A DNA stretch of 59,713 bases. Source: Patellaria atrata CBS 101060. Taxonomy: Eukaryota. A program made the translations under genes and the position numbers. Under the pieces are notes generated by a model. The model ran no database searches. It saw nothing but the letters and a program-made list of their open reading frames with translations, and was not told where the DNA came from. Location: contig MU006110.1 in assembly GCA_010093705.1 (NCBI GenBank), positions 204,377-264,089 of the forward strand, in the 5' to 3' direction. Shown piece after piece: positions 35,553-48,724 of the stretch; within the stretch, counting starts at the first letter, position 1, and each line of letters starts with the position of its first letter.

Positions 35553-38500
35553 AGAAGAGGTGGAGTGGAGTGGAAGAAATGAAGAGGAAGAGAGCATAGA
35601 GGAGACATATAGACGGGGACCTGGAATCCGGCTGATGGATTGAGCAAGATCGGATGATATGACTCCTCTTTGACGTTTGACCAGATGAGAGACAAGGTAT
35701 CTTATGGTGTGTATGAGGTGCATCTGGAATGAGGCTGACAGATAAGGGAGCGGAATCGGGGGAGGGAATGGGCGGAATATCTTTTCCTCATATACTGTGA
35801 TTCAATGAAAGGAGATAGAGTAGTTGGACTGGCTCATGCCTCTCACTGGAGGTGCAAAAGGGGTACTTGTAGGATATGAAGGAGTAGAGAGTAGAAAAGC
35901 CTGTTATAATACTATGGTGAATGAGGGAATATTTCCTATAACATAACTTTTCTGACTAACTATACACCCGCATTGAACAGAGCCCACTACTTAACTCTAC
36001 AGCTCTACGATATCCCGATCAGATGCCAGATCGGACGATACGCCGTTTTCCGTACCACAAGCGTACAGTGACCGATGAGTCCATATTGGGAAATATGGAG
36101 ATATGAAGTTAGTAAGTGTATGGGTGAGCCGTAATTATGCACATATTTGGTTGCGGAGAAAATTGAAAGCAACGGATGTCTGTAAAGGAGACTAAAAGAG
36201 AGTCTCTTTAGATTACAGAGCACGAAAACTTAAATTACGAACAAAGGGAAGCATAGATCCTATTACAATTAGAAAATCTGGAAGATTTTAGGCGCCAGAA
36301 TGTATAAACATTTCTAAATAAGAGGGAAGGGTATATATAGATCGAACAAGTATGGGGCTTTGCTGCTAATGGGACGTTTAGGCTATGTCCGTCTACGTAT
36401 GGGACGGTTGACATTATGGAGAATAGTTCAATAACAGCTAGAAGTCAACAGCTATCCCAGTGTGTTTTGAGGAATTGGGGAGTTCTGAGAATGGATGACT
36501 TAATTGATGATGATAAGAAGTAGACCCGTAAAGAATTGTATTGGCTTACACGTATTATCTTTCGCCAGGACCAATCCTTGGAGATATACATAGTAGGAGT
36601 ATATGGCACAAGTGAAAAAGTGAATAAGGGCAACTCTATATACCAATTGTTGTCTTTTCTCGATAAAAAGAGCTTTTGAAACGGGGGCCACTTACCATTT
36701 GGAAATTTCAAGCGAAGAGATAGTGTGTCGAGAGCTCTGAGGGAAGGTTATAACGTTATTTGGCAAAAGATAGATATGGCTGGCAATTGTGAGATATTTA
36801 TTGTCACGCCGAAGCTCACAACAAGAGACCGATGGCTTTTAGTGGTCTCATTTGGGCCAAAGGTGAAGTTAGGAGAAGACAGTAAGGGAGATACTACTCA
36901 TACGGTTGGAATTAGGAAAATAGAATATGAAAAAGACCGCCATATTTTCTTATAGAATATATATTCAATGCAACTTCGGAATCGAGGTGCAAAACCTTTC
37001 CTGAGGATAATATAAATCGTTTATAGAGGACGCTGAAATATCCGCCATATTTACTGCAGATGATAGCATTAATAAAGGAGGAAAACACGTCTAAAAGCAT
37101 TCAATTCTCCGCTTTCAGAGAATATAATGAGACTAGAACGTCTAGGACGCAGTTTGGGTCTTGTTATACCTCACCTGAGCCAATACCAGTGATGGTATTT
37201 CTCTATATTTTGGTGGTCGATGGGATGAAGTTAACTTTGGCTTCACAGGGATGGGTGACACCAGCGAACGCGAGACGAATGGCTGGGCGACGGGAAAATT
37301 CACCCCCATCCTCGAAAACCGCACCTTTCCGTCTCATCATAGAGAATACCACTGAAATAAATCATCCTCGATAACAAACGGCTGGAATCTTTTCCTATAT
37401 GTCATCACACCGGTCCCGTTATAGATGATAATGCCCTATCCGTGGTTATGAACACCTGTTATCGCCTCGAGGGGCCTCACCCTTTTCGCTGAGAACCACA
37501 TTGTTCAATTTGATCGGAACGGGCATAGAATGAGCGTATACGGATATGAACCGGTCATGGGCAGTATTAAAGGCAATATTATTTGCATTGGAGGACCCAG
37601 TATCCTCAAGCCCGATATCAGCTTTCACTTCTCCCTTATGGTGCAAGAGGGTGATATACACTCTCATCGACCCGTTGAACCGATTCACCGCATCGTGTAC
37701 CCCACCAGACATCCTACAAGCGCCTCTGGAGTCGGAGAAAATATGAAGAAGACAGGGACAAAGTTGGACAATGACTAGGATGTGCTAGAATTGATAGTAC
37801 TACACATGTCTCATAGTGATTGAGGAGATCAATGCACGCCCGTTCTTTTCTGGCCCCTTAAAGGTGGCCAAAGAAGGGAAATATTGGGGTAATGCGGCCG
37901 ATTTACAGTTATGGAGTATGAGTTGGCTCGTAGAGGATGAGCGAGGCTCAACTTGAGCGTCAGGTACTTTCAACGGGTGACGGTGGTGATAATAATCCTA
38001 ACGTGCTGAGGATGGAAGATAGCCTCAAGGGTGGGCGATCCCATTACATCCGGAATCTTCGCAGCTACAGACTTTCAAGACCCATCACACTAAGCTCCCA
38101 GTCCGTATGATTCTTTGTAGAGGATGTAGAAACGAAGAGTGTGGGCACTCGATCCGTATCGTGTCCCTAAGCCCTTTCATTGCGGCCGAGTCGATCGCTT
38201 CGAGCCAGGATTCACTTCGAGGATTCTGATCACTTAGGGCTCCCTCGCATCTTTTTGATTCTTTCAATTCCCTACATTTCTTTCAGTATGCTTTGTATAG
38301 TTTGTCTCATAAAGACATCTCCAATGGGCTTCTCATACCGTTATCCCAACGTTATACTCCTGCAACCTGCTATGCCTCATTTCGACCCTAGCAAATCTCT
38401 CTCGCCGCAGGTTTCGTATGCATCATTATCTTCTTCCAGCCTCTTTGTTGCCGCAGTCCCCGGTTATCTTGTGGACATCATAAGGTACTCTGATCCTGGC

Positions 38501-41500
38501 CCTGCCCATCATCTGAATGTGTCAACTTTGGATCTTTTCTAATCGAGTCGTCAATTGCAGAATATCATTTTCAGATATTTCAGTCCAGTTCTAATAGGGT
38601 ATCTTGTTGTGGGGTTGGGTGCTTCCGCCGATGAACGTTTCTTTGATTAGGCGGTATTGTTAGGTGTAATCCGGTCTCCTCCATTGTTACGGTTGACGCT
38701 CCTCCGGAGCCGTAGTCTTTCTAAAATCTCGACAACGGGCATTCCAATCTGAAGTTTCAGTAACGGTTTCTAGATATGTGGAGTGTATGGGTCCTTAAAA
38801 CTTTTAGTACGTTGTACATTCTAGTTCATAAGGTATAGCCGGAAATGAAGATGGTGTTAAGAGCGAGCATACGTAATGTGAGAGGACCGCGACGAAGGGA
38901 CCAACGTGGATATATCAGACTTTTCCTACTATGGGTATTCTTTAGGACTGATCCTCTAAGGTCTCCCCTTCAGCTCAAATAGGTAGGGCTCCTTATGGTA
39001 GTTTTCCTTAATCCGGCTATGCGCCCCCATCTTTTCTAGAGGCGGTTGACCGGATTCTCTGCAATGTCTCCTGAACCTCTGCACACTTCCTCTGTTCGCT
39101 TGGATTGCGTTCCTCTCCAAGTTCTCTAGTAGAAATTCGTTTAGTAGCATCAAAATACATGTAGATGCGTGCTTCTGTGCGCTTGTAGTTCTGTGTAGGC
39201 CGTTCGCCGCATCTATGAACGACGTCGGTTTTGTCTCCTACCGCATCGCATCCTCTCACCGATCTTTGCCCCCACGAGATACCTAGCAACCTTCCAACAC
39301 CTCCCAACCATCTCCGAGAAGGCTCTCCATCTCTAGACTATGTTTATAGCATTGTAAAAGTGCTTTAAAAGGTGTTGAGTTCTTCGAAGACATAGAGTAG
39401 ATGAAGTTAGCGGCCTCCAGTGCCTTTTCGAGTCCTGAAACGTCCCTCGAAGCCGGTCAACACCCAATAGCCACGACACTGCTGCGTAATACTGCGGGAA
39501 CGGGACCTATCTTCTCCATACATATCTGTTCGATCCAACTCACCATTCAACACAATGTCATTGATGAAATAAGCGGCTCCAGCGTGTTGTTGAGGCATGA
39601 GGCGACACCCATACACGATCGGAAAGCCGCAGAAGCCGCCTCTCTCATCGCAACTGAGACTCCACTACGTTTTCTGAGATCTCGGATCACCCTCCCCCCT
39701 CAATCTACTGGCTAGCAACAGTATACTGTTCTGGTCGTCCTTTCACAGCGTCGCGAAGCTATTATCGGAACCCTTACTACAAGAGTCGCGCGCTTCTTCA
39801 TCACTTCCAGATATCAAAGTGATTCTGTCGCCTCACCTGAGCTGTCGCTGGCATGATTAGGACCGGTACTTGTCTTAATGGGGATTTGATCCCGTTTCTG
39901 GTAACGATTCATCGCATCGGCCACAAACCAGAGAGATTTGCAACCTCATCACAGTCCTCCGGGGTTTCAAACTACTCTTGAACCATAGCAACGCCATGCA
40001 ATTTACCGAATTACCTACTACATAGGTTTGTATAGCGGCGTGGAGCTATTTCTAGGTTCCAACCCGAGGCGAGGGGTGGTGGAATGTAACAATGTCCCAA
40101 ACCTGCACCACACTTCCTCCTTATACCTCAAATTCTTCGGGTGGATCAATTTTTAAGAACTTTTGTCGCATATAGGTTACTCTCGCCAACATCCAACTTA
40201 CTTTCGCGTTACAGTGTCTGTTTCGATCCTTTGGATTGCCCCGGTGCAGCTACCTCCCCTAACTTCGACCTGACTTCGACTTTTCAGCACAATGTCAGTG
40301 ACCTGGTATAATTCAAAGATTCCACACCTCTATAGATGGAACGAGGTTTATGAACGATCCGTGGAGCTGCTGCAGTAACCTTTCGACGGCTGACTGAGCG
40401 GACTTACAATACATCCTAGGATTCTCTTTATCCCGTTCCCAGCACGGCCCTCAATTTCTCTTCCGTCGTTCCCGTAGTTTACTAGATGTGGCCCAAGACC
40501 CTCTCGCTGGGATAATCCACGCATGAACATCTACAATAGACTCGACATCGGCAGGTCGTTGTGCGGTAATAGAGTTCACGTATAATTCACCTCCTTTTAT
40601 CTCTACCGCTATAAACTATTCGATTACCCCTAGCGGAGACATACTTATAGAAATTGTCTTACTAATTAGAGTATTATTATCCTCCTCTTATCCCTAGATT
40701 AACCTTCGAAAATATTATCTTTCCGGCGATGCTCTTAATGGGAGTTCCTATCCACGACCCTATCCCTATACGAGGATCCCTACTCTACCGCCATGCGGCC
40801 ACCATATAAAAACACTAGACCCTAAGCATGACCAGCGCAGGTTAAATATAAAGAGATATTATACCTGCAGTCAGTGAGCAGAGTAGTAAGTTTTATCAGG
40901 CATAATTTTAAGTAAGGGCTAAGTAACTTAGGACACGCATACCATAACACGATATTTTCACCGCCAACCTATACGTCTACCATGAGCAACCCTACCTCCT
41001 CTTACTTCTCCATCCAGCGTCGTTATCTATCCCCCCTCTCCATCCTAGTAACCTTTACTCTATGATGCCAGCTTTAGTGAGACAGGAAATAGATCAATCG
41101 GGTCTGTTTTATCCCTATACGCCGGCGTATTTCCTTATTGTTAGCAAAATACTCCTATCCTGCTCGAAATGAAACGAAAAATCATCGTGATAAAGGTTAA
41201 GAGATGCGTCTACACTAAAAAGGCCGAATTCATGGTCTAGACCGGGTTGTGGGCGTTGAGAATGGCAAAAAAGGTGAATAAATGGACCTCTAGAGCGATT
41301 TGCGGACATGGGCAGATGTTATAACTTACGGAGAGAGGAGCCGCGCTGGGGTGGAACTAGGGGCATGATGGTCGATTTAAGGGAAAAAAAGATAAAAGGT
41401 GCCTAAAGGTTGGGAAAATCGGGTTTCAAGAACGGTGCGCGAAACGGTGGAAATACTGCAATTGGTAGGGTGGAAAAACAGCTTGGGGCTTGGAGGTCGA

Positions 41501-42469
41501 TTCGAGGGAAGATTGGGGGCGAGGAATCACAAAAAGAGCAGAAACCCGAGTTTCAAGAGCATACAAACAATGGTCCAGTTGCTGCAGTCACTGAACGAAG
41601 GAGCGCGTTGTGGTAGACTGGTAGGAGGTGGTCGATAAAAGGGAAGGAGAAACAATACAGCTGGAAAGGGATGCAAATCCGAGCAGTACGGCTCTAAACG
41701 AGAAAACCAGCACATCACAATCGATCTGGGCTAGATGGGCGGTTATGGGTTGGAAATGGTGAGCATCTGTGGTTCGCTGCTTGGACTCGGCCCAGACATC
41801 GATCATAGGAGCAGAGAGTACGTTATCTCCCATGGCATTGAAGGTTCCTCCAATACGAACATCCTTCATGTCGCAAGGTTTTAGATTCCGGGTCTGTATG
41901 ATTGAGCAAGTCTCGTTAGAGTAAGGGATCGGTCATCGAAATTGCAACTCCACTTCCTTTCTATCGCAGCTTCCTCATTGTGCGGAGACTTCGGAAGTGG
42001 TGCAATGGCGCTTGTCTATCGCCTTGTCCTTAGTAAGTTGACAGGCCCTGAAACAATGCTTGCGAGTGAACTGACAGATACTGCAACGCGGGAATACCGC
42101 TTCCTTGTCCGGATTCGCAGGCACGGCGCGACACAATGGCCTCCTTTCAATCGGTGGAATCTTACTCCGCTATCAGTTTGTCAGTAAGAATCCCAAACTA
42201 CAATGGTTCGCTTGAGCTGACGTGAAAGAATGGCCAGATATGCGACCCATTTCCCTTCGATGCTCGAGATACCGTAATTCGGCAGCGAAATGTGACTTCC
42301 TCTTAGCGCTCACGAGTCGAAACGATTTACAGAGGAAAAGAGCTGGAACACAATATACAAGGAAGAAGGAGTTGGAATGACAAAACGGCACACCTACAAT
42401 GGTAGCATCTACGGAGCCTGAGCCGTGTCTCACCAGTCCTTGACATCCAGTCCTCCATCTACACCTTGA

Positions 42470-43370
42470 TGTGGAGGATCAGAATTACCGTTTCACTTGC
42501 CAACATTGCATAGCCACAGCTCTGTCAGAGTCGGAGAAGCACTTTGGAAGATCCCATCACCTGCTCGACCCCCCAATGTGCCTGTTTCTAGGGTCCTCTC
42601 TTTCAGCACTCCACTCTCCATCGTCGTGTGCCTGTTACCAGGGTCCTCTTTTGCAGCGCTCCGCTCTTTATACGACTGGACTTGTTGCCAGGGTCTGAAG
42701 TAGCACGAGAGTGTCTGGAAAAGTCTTATCAGTTGTTCTGAAGCCCAAGTCAACAGTTTGATGGAGCATCAGAAATAAAGCGTTGTCTCGCAGCTAAAGC
42801 ATCACCGCAGGTCTGCATAGCCGCGAGAGTCTACTCTGGAAGATCTCATCACCTGCTCCTAGACTTCCAAGGCGTTTAGTCCTCTAGCAACGTGCTTGGT
42901 TTCGATACCACCCTTACGTCCCATAGACGCAAGTCAACGATTCGGAACATCAGAGTTAAGCTTTCATCGCCAACTGTATATAGCCGCAGGTCTGCACGGC
43001 AAGGAGTACTCGCATAATCCATCCGCTCCTGTCCCATAAAGCCACAGTTTGTGGAGTATCAGAATTAACCTTTCCCCCCTATCATGCATAGCCGCAGGTC
43101 TGCATAGCAAGGGAGTATTGAAAAATTCGTCTACTCCCGACTCAAGGTCCCCACAGGTTCATGGGACGTCCAGATTAGCTTTCATCCCAACTATGCATAG
43201 CCGCAGGTCTGCATAGCAAAGAGTAATTGCATAATCCATCTACTCCTGTCCCCAAGGTTCCCCAGAGTTTGAACATCAGGAGTACCGTTTCTGCGCCCAA
43301 CTGTGATCATCGCCGCGGGTCTGCATTGTCGGATGCGTACTTTGGAAGATCCGTCATCTGCTCCAGCCCC
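42470..43370. repeat. Degenerate ~110-nt tandem repeat array
   Basis: Core CATAGCCGCAGGTCTGCATAGC and variants at about 42508, 42800, 42979, 43087, 43196 and 43308. Linked GAGyATCAGAA and TGGAAGATC...CTGCTC motifs also recur. Confidence 0.85.
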
Positions 43371-43685
43371 CAGAGTCCCGGTGTGCCCAAAGTTTCTCCT
43401 CCCCCGATGTCAGCCCCAGCCTCCTCTGGTAATCTCAGCCTGTTAGCGGGAACCCAAACGAAAAGTTGATGCCGGCCCTCCCCTCCGGCATCATTCCAGG
43501 GCGCCGGCTGCCCTTGTTCCCAGACAGATGCGAAAGAAAAAAGAGATGTAGAGCAATGAAGAAATCCCGGCTGACAAAAGACGTGGAAAAAGCTGAAGTG
43601 ATATGAATCAGAGATATATATGAATGCAAGTGAAACGGTATATGCAGGTGACAAAGCGGAACAGATGGAAGAGACAAAAATAAGC

Positions 43686-43841
43686 AAGACGAGAGATACG
43701 CAACAAGAGAGACGAGAAATACGCAACACGAGAGACAAGCTATTCGCAAAAGGAGAGACGAGAGATTCGCAACAAGAGAAATACGCAACAAGAGAAATAC
43801 GCAACAAGAGAAATACGCAACAAGAGAAATACGCAACAAGA
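43686..43841. repeat. 16-nt tandem repeat (GCAACAAGAGAAATAC) running into the assembly gap
   Basis: Perfect copies from about 43769 to 43841, with degenerate copies further upstream. Confidence 0.95.
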
Positions 43842-44321
43842 NNNNNNNNNNNNNNNNNNNNNNNNNNNNNNNNNNNNNNNNNNNNNNNNNNNNNNNNNNN
43901 NNNNNNNNNNNNNNNNNNNNNNNNNNNNNNNNNNNNNNNNNNNNNNNNNNNNNNNNNNNNNNNNNNNNNNNNNNNNNNNNNNNNNNNNNNNNNNNNNNNN
44001 NNNNNNNNNNNNNNNNNNNNNNNNNNNNNNNNNNNNNNNNNNNNNNNNNNNNNNNNNNNNNNNNNNNNNNNNNNNNNNNNNNNNNNNNNNNNNNNNNNNN
44101 NNNNNNNNNNNNNNNNNNNNNNNNNNNNNNNNNNNNNNNNNNNNNNNNNNNNNNNNNNNNNNNNNNNNNNNNNNNNNNNNNNNNNNNNNNNNNNNNNNNN
44201 NNNNNNNNNNNNNNNNNNNNNNNNNNNNNNNNNNNNNNNNNNNNNNNNNNNNNNNNNNNNNNNNNNNNNNNNNNNNNNNNNNNNNNNNNNNNNNNNNNNN
44301 NNNNNNNNNNNNNNNNNNNNN
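43842..44321. other. Assembly gap (480 N)
   Basis: Run of N; probably a collapsed extension of the flanking tandem repeat. Confidence 1.
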
Positions 44322-45669
44322 AGACTATGCAGATGGAGGTTGCAGGCCTTCAATTTTAATACGCTAACGTAGCAAGAACAAGGATAGTATGAGATCGAAG
44401 GAAGCAAGAAACCAAAGCAAGCGGAGACCAGCAGGGAGTGAAGAAGAAAGGAATCAAGACCCAAGACGCAAAGGTTCAAATCACGCTACTGACAGAAGCA
44501 ATAATGGAAAAAAAAGAGGAGTACGCAGATATGCAGATAGAGGTTGCAACCTTCAATTTCAACACGGTAACGCAACAAGAAATAGATTAAATAGACGCTT
44601 ACAATAATAAATTCAAGCAGAAGCTGCGCAGGCAGAATGGAAACGAAAGACGACTGTCAAAGTAAGAGATGGAAGTAGTAAGAGACACAGACTGTAAAAG
44701 GCCAGATGAAGCAAAAGACATAGCGAAGCAACAAACAAGCAAGGAATAGAAAGACTGGACACGCTCAAATTTATAACATGGACTCTTAGGAGCTGAAGCA
44801 GTTGAAAAGGAAAAGAGCATGGGATGACGAAAGACTAGATCGAGCGCACTTATGAGTTTCAACCGCAACGGTTGCAGATATAACGAGAGATATGGAACAA
44901 AAGGATACACCTTCCAAATTAGCAATGCCGGACTCAATTGATGTCAACAGAATCTCTCACAAGCCTTTCAGTATCCTGCAGGAAGAGTTCGGTATTGTGA
45001 GCACAAGAATGTCAACCGGAGGCGTGAGTCAAGCAAAGATACTTGTGTCGACTAGTTGGTTGACAGTTGCAACAGAAAGGAGCGTTCAGAAGAGATGCCT
45101 TGATAAAGAATGACATAAATCGACCGATAGGAGCCAACTTAGAGAACTGAGTGTGCGAGGATGTCTTCAAGGAGCTGAATCAAGCTGGACGTGCGCTGCG
45201 GGAGGGTTCTGCATGAGCCGAAGGACGTACTGCTGCTCCAAAATATACGTTAGCTCGATATTATTGCTCACGCCAACTGCTCTGGTGTAAGGGAGTTCGA
45301 TATCATGGATGGACCTCTGCGGGATGATAATCGAGTTACCGAAGTGCCACGGCGAAGCTATCCCCTGCCTACTCCGATCGGCCCTGCTGACCAACCGGCG
45401 ATAGGCGAACCAGCCAGCTGGGTGGTTAGGGGTTTCGTGCTAGGCATCGACCGTTGCGAGGGATTTTCAGGGGTATTGAGCTTACCTTGAGGGCTGTCAT
45501 TACCTTGGCTTGCTCAACCGTGATAAGGCAGTCCGACGATATCATCAAACTTGCGCCTTCAATTATCCCTAGAGCAGAATCAGAACACAATCAGCAAAGT
45601 TTAAGCTATTCCAAACCGAAAACGACGATGCGCGAGGGTGGCTGGCTCGTTGTGGGCGACGTGCGGCGA

Positions 45670-46235
45670 AGGTGCGGTTGAGAGCCACCACCCACCTCAC
45701 GACATTGCCGACCAACGCGAACCCGGATTCAGGTAAAAAAGGAAAAGCTTATTTCTTACAGCTGTAAAAACATCTTGACAGAGCCGCTTGATGATATCTC
45801 AAAGCGCTGTTGGGTCGTGACGTGGTGTCGTTGAAGGGTGAGCTGGGGAGGTGAGGCTGCGGAACCCGGAACCCACACAACACGATTATCGACCGGCGCA
45901 AAACCGGAGTGAGCTTAAATCTGGTGAGGAGAGTAATTATACCCTTCTAATACTCCTCAAGAAGTCAGATGGATGATATCGCAATGCGAAGTTGTGTTGG
46001 GATGAGCTGGGTGTGGATGTTTCGCTGCGGAGATGAGGCCGCAGAGCGAAAAGCCAACACCTACGATTAACGACCAGCGCAACGCAGCATCGAGATCAAA
46101 TTTGGACAGGAGTAGACTCACAGGATTTGGAAATTCATCGGCAAGTCAGATTGATAATAGCTCAAAAGGGCGTTGTGTTGTGATGAGGAATAGGTTGGTG
46201 TTGAGGGCAGAAACTGCGGAGTGACAGCCACCACA
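45670..46235. repeat. Degenerate ~182-nt tandem repeat, about 3 units
   Basis: ACGA(T/C)...CGACC at about 45699, 45881 and 46063, and GATrATAkC..AA.G.G..GTTG at about 45790, 45972 and 46153. Confidence 0.75.
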
Positions 46236-46481
46236 GGAAACCTAGGCCCAGCGGGAAGGAAACACGATGCAAAAACGTCAAGAGATGTATATTCATGGTC
46301 ATACTAAGCTACTGGAGAAGTTTGCACGTTGATTGCTCAATGCAGCGTCGTGTGGTTGGGGGAAGGGGTGAGGATGATGAAAGATCGTGAAATTTCGTGC
46401 GAGCTCATCAAAAGGTGAGAAAACAAGAGCTTGAGCTAGACCGCCGCCTTGCCGAAATCGCTCGCTGAATGACACATTCTC

Positions 46482-47709
46482 ATGTCCTGGCGAAGCTCCG
46501 CAGCAACGAGTATCAACGCCGGTCATAGGAAACCGCATAGAGGCAGAACACAGGCAATGCCTGGAAGACACCAAGCCGTCCAGCAGCCCAGCAACTTATA
46601 CTATCCTCAATCGCGAGATAGGCTAGGCCGCCTTTACGAAGATTCTTCTGGATCTACCTCCGATCTGCCGCGAAACCTCTTCCACCGCCTTCCGGAGAAG
46701 AGCCCGCATCAATCTCCAACAGCGCAGTCAGCTCATTCTAGCTTCGCATCGTACCAGTCGCCTTCAGAGCGTCTACAAAAAAACAGTGTCAACTGCGATA
46801 CGATCGCCTACCGCCTGAACGGCCTTGCAACCAGCGTGGAACTACAAGTTTGCATCACATCCGCCGCATAGAGCGTGCCAAGAGCGTAAAAGCTTCAATT
46901 TCGAAACGACAAGAACAGGGAGCTCGTCGGAAACGCTCGCCAGTATAGACGCACAGCAATCTAATACCTCTATAAGCGCAAGCACCCCAGAAATAGTATA
47001 CTCACAACATCCCAGCACCTCCACAAAGCGCGAGCACCACTGTGCACCTCCGCCCGAAGCGTACCCATTTCCGAATCAAAGGCCAAAATACCTTGGATCA
47101 TACGGCAATCGTACAGTAATGTCTGAAACCACACCTTCGTCGGCCCGCACCGTTATTTGGCAGCCGCCATCACCACAGAACCGCAGCTCTCGACAATTCT
47201 CGCATGGACATTTCATGAACTACATTGAGCCCGCATCTGGAAGCAGCTCAAAAAACGGCGAAGATCATGAAGAAATGACGGACATCACCACGTCCAACCA
47301 TACAATCCAGAACGAGCAGGCGCAACAGTGCACCGCTGGCGCGTCAGAAGCCGGCTCAGAGAACGGCGAATCTCGCCCGACCTCAATGGAGATCACTGCT
47401 GCCGACTCGAGGCGTTCAACTTCAGCATCAACCCCATCGAAGGTTCGTAACGTTTTTGTCATGGACAGAACGACGAAGCAGTTCACAAACCTCCAAGTGT
47501 ATAACCGTACAGTTGACAGAGAGACGGGGGCAGAGGTGTACACAAAGCGAGCTATCGATGAGAAGTTCAAGAACGGAAAGACAGGCCCCGACCCGCATAT
47601 TGTGTTGGACGGTCGCCCTCAGCCTTATAAAGTCAACCAGCCGGCTCTGGATATGAACAAATTCACCGCAATGAAGATGAGGGGAGATCAGAAGATGTTT
47701 TTAGCTTGA
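46482..47709 (+). CDS. Hypothetical Ser/Thr/Pro-rich protein (two overlapping ORFs; intron or frameshift unresolved)
   Basis: ORFs 46482-46871 and 46825-47709 have coding-like composition. No domain recognised. Confidence 0.45.
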
Positions 47710-48724
47710 AAGGTGTCTGGTCAAAAGCGCAAGTAGGCATGCTTATCAGGATGATATGGAGTAGTCACTGAACGGTAGTTCGAATATTGGTTACAACGGT
47801 TGTACGGTCTCTCTATGGGTGTACGGTTTAGGATTGTTACTGGCAAACTATCAAGCTATAACTCTCTCTAGACGAGGTGTTGTATACATCCATCTTCGAG
47901 AAGACGTTCAGTTTGCACGGTCTTCTGAGCGGAAACTCTTCTATAGAAATGCAGGTCCGAAACTCATACTCTGACGCAATGTTTGTTGCTTATCGCACCT
48001 GACTAAGCACTCAGTCGGGTATATATGCTGTCCTCCTCCAGTCTCCTCTGGATCAGACACTTCAATCTACATTTTCTTCACTTTACATGCCCTTACCACC
48101 TTACATTGCTCAAAGGTAAACTAGAATCGACCTGTGAACGAGAGGAAAGACTAGTCTACCATACATAAATCTCTCACAAGTTGAAAATAGGCAGATCGGA
48201 TTAGCGGTAGACAATATCACATACTATCAAACCACAACGCTAGTAACGAACTTAGAAGCACTAGTTCTAAAGCGCATTGCATCCCTAATTGCCTAGTCAC
48301 TCTCAAACACCTAAATTCCAAGCTAGAGCCAAAGCCATGCTATAAGTTCCGTTTCTTCGTTACCGAAAGCTGATCAAGCTTGTAAGCGTACAGACGGAAC
48401 TCCGATAGTCATTTTAAGCTTTCTGACAGCCTAACGCCAACCGAAATCCCGTACATCCGGATCTTGCGCAATGATCTTTGTGGCGTATGGGGCGCTCGCT
48501 TAATCCTGCGGTTTGATGTCGGTTGCTATAGATTTTATACGAATATCATCATATCATCGTGTATAGATATCATCAGTGTACATATAATCACCGTACAAAT
48601 ATGATCACCGTACCGTACTGTACAGTACAAATTCTAGATCCCGTTCCCAAAGTGCAGAACTGATGATTCCAAATATGTACTGTCTAATCTCTATAGGTAT
48701 CTATACCAACATCCCAATAAGTAT

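Noticed and set aside
38500..41900. Coding-like ORF fragments on both strands
   Set aside because: Frequent stops, no recognisable domain, and no consistent exon chain.
43307..44479. 390-aa and 250-aa ORFs spanning the gap
   Set aside because: Artefacts of the N run and of low-complexity tandem repeats.
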